A DNA stretch of 64,000 bases from Lingula anatina (Eukaryota; Animalia; Brachiopoda): contig CM120648.1 in the NCBI GenBank assembly GCA_051362555.1, positions 1,775,721 to 1,839,720 of the forward strand, in the 5' to 3' direction. How positions within the stretch are numbered: position 1 is the stretch's first letter; each line of letters begins with the position of its first letter. Positions 1-64,000 of the stretch are shown here, one piece after another. The position numbers were made by a program, and so were the translations under genes. The notes beneath the pieces were generated by a model. The model was given only the letters and a program-made list of their open reading frames with translations, did not search any database and was not told the DNA's origin.

Positions 1-845
1 AGTTGTGAGATTATCATCAGGTTGGCAGTAATATACTGGTATGTGTATGTAATAATTATTTTAGGGTCTGTATTCATGATGGGTCAGTTGTTAAGCTAAA
101 AAGCAGGTAAATAGTATGTTTAATTATACTAACAATTACTTGCATGTATAAACTTTCATGAGCATGCAAGCATGGATATAATCTTTTAAGAATTATCATT
201 TGTTTGTGTTATTGTTTTTGCTACATTAGCAGATAGGGTTGTGTTTATGCACTTTAGAAGTTCACCATTGAGTTAATGGTTTGTGTATTTTATACCATGG
301 AAACTGGAGTGTGTTTCTATATTTTGCTGCACCGGTTAAGTATGTAGAAGGAGGATTCTATACCGGTATATCTGCAGGCTTTTAAGGGTAGGTCATTATA
401 CCCCTCACTTAACAAATATCTTCATTAGGTCTGGAAAAGCTTATGTTTATGTCATAAGGTAAGAGGTTTTTCAGGCAAAAATATAATTATTAAAATTAAA
501 AATTGCTTTGAAGGGAACGTCTGCAGGCTATTGGGCAGGAATAACTAAAGAATGCATTTACTATTAGTGAATTTTTTTTTTTTTTTTTTTTTTTTGACCG
601 GATACTTTTTGACTTAGTTCTGAGTTTCAAAATCAGAAAGCTAGGAATGTGTGTGCTTTTGATACCAACATTTTTAGCAAATATTCTGTCAATTAAAAAA
701 ATGGCTATGGAGGGAGAGGAATCAGGCCTAGGTGGGGGATCAGGCCTAGGTTCTCTCAGCTGCTCTGCACCAGCATTTTAAACTAATTTGTCAGTGATTT
801 ATTTGAAATCTCTTTTCTTTGCTAGTGGCATAGGTAAGCCGAGCC

Positions 846-63056
<62,211 letters not shown>

Positions 63057-64000
63057 CTCATATCTTTGACACCAGTGGGGTTTCACCATATTAACTTCTT
63101 GTTAAATGTAAAAAAGGAGTTGTGTATATTGTGTCTACCAGGAGGATTCCCTAAGGAGTCACATTCAGGGTTGCCAGTATTATGGCATTTGAAATATCTG
63201 TCTCTATGTATATGTTGTAAATCATACCAGAAAAAATTGAAATATTTATTGCTAGTTATGCATTAGTATACGTATACTGGTGAAAATGATTATTTGTTTT
63301 TCAGAAAATAATTATAAACTTTAAATCAAAGGCCATCAATATTGAATATTAAGATTTGTGAATGAACTGGCAGTCCAAAATGTTATATATAAATATTGCG
63401 TGTACATGCATACACAAACACACACACGCATGCACACACAAACTTTTTTAGAGAAAAATCTCATTATATTATATCATATATTATATCAGGGATGGGATGT
63501 TTTTCCTTCTTGTGGAGGATTTTATCCCTTTTAGATGGAACTTGAAGTTTAAAGGTAGATTGGGTTTTTTGTTAGTGCTATAGAAAACGGTGGGGTGGGG
63601 AGGGGAGGGTGGTTGTTTTGGCAGCAGAATTTAGGATACCCTGCTCTATTTACTGAAGTATCTAAATCCATAAGCTAATAGGCAGAGAGTTACTGGTAAA
63701 TATTATCATTACAATTATGTCTTGATATATCTACTGAAGGTATAATCCACATTTGATTAATACTTTCAGATTTTAACTTTCAAAAAAATGTTTTGAGAAG
63801 AAATATAACCATTTCATTTGGTTACAATTTACAAAAATTATCATATTTAAAAGCAGCTACATGTAACTCCAAATGCCATAGAGTTCTTTTGTATGTCTCC
63901 AAGTGTCATTTTTTGTTTTTGTCACTCTGTTTTGTTATATTCTGCCATTTCAGTGGCAGATATGCTGCAAATAATGTTTTAAGTTCTTTGAGTGTTCCTG

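Noticed and set aside
717-752. 15-bp direct repeat ggatcaggcctaggt upstream of the CEP104 ATG
   Set aside because: Only two copies and no recognisable factor site; probably a local slippage duplication.

Overview
Eukaryotic, AT-rich, intron-rich animal DNA (invertebrate-like; a mollusc or other lophotrochozoan is a guess). Almost the whole window is one + strand gene, CEP104 (centrosomal/ciliary-tip protein). I could thread it by hand through 29 GT-AG coding exons from ATG 846 to TAA 63056 (3477 nt, 1158 aa). Its ~34 kb intron 23 (23356-57254) holds three nested antisense ORFs: a syntaxin without a transmembrane domain, a Thr-rich mucin with a TM segment but no signal peptide, and a secreted/GPI-type LRR protein. 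The LRR and mucin exons can be spliced in frame into a GPIb-alpha-like receptor, which is a hypothesis. Other introns hold a decayed Kolobok-like transposon with a nested LINE fragment, an Academ-like long-TIR element carrying RFX X-box motifs, several MITE families, a degenerate minimal hammerhead motif, and tandem repeats. Coordinates were counted manually and may be off by a few bases.
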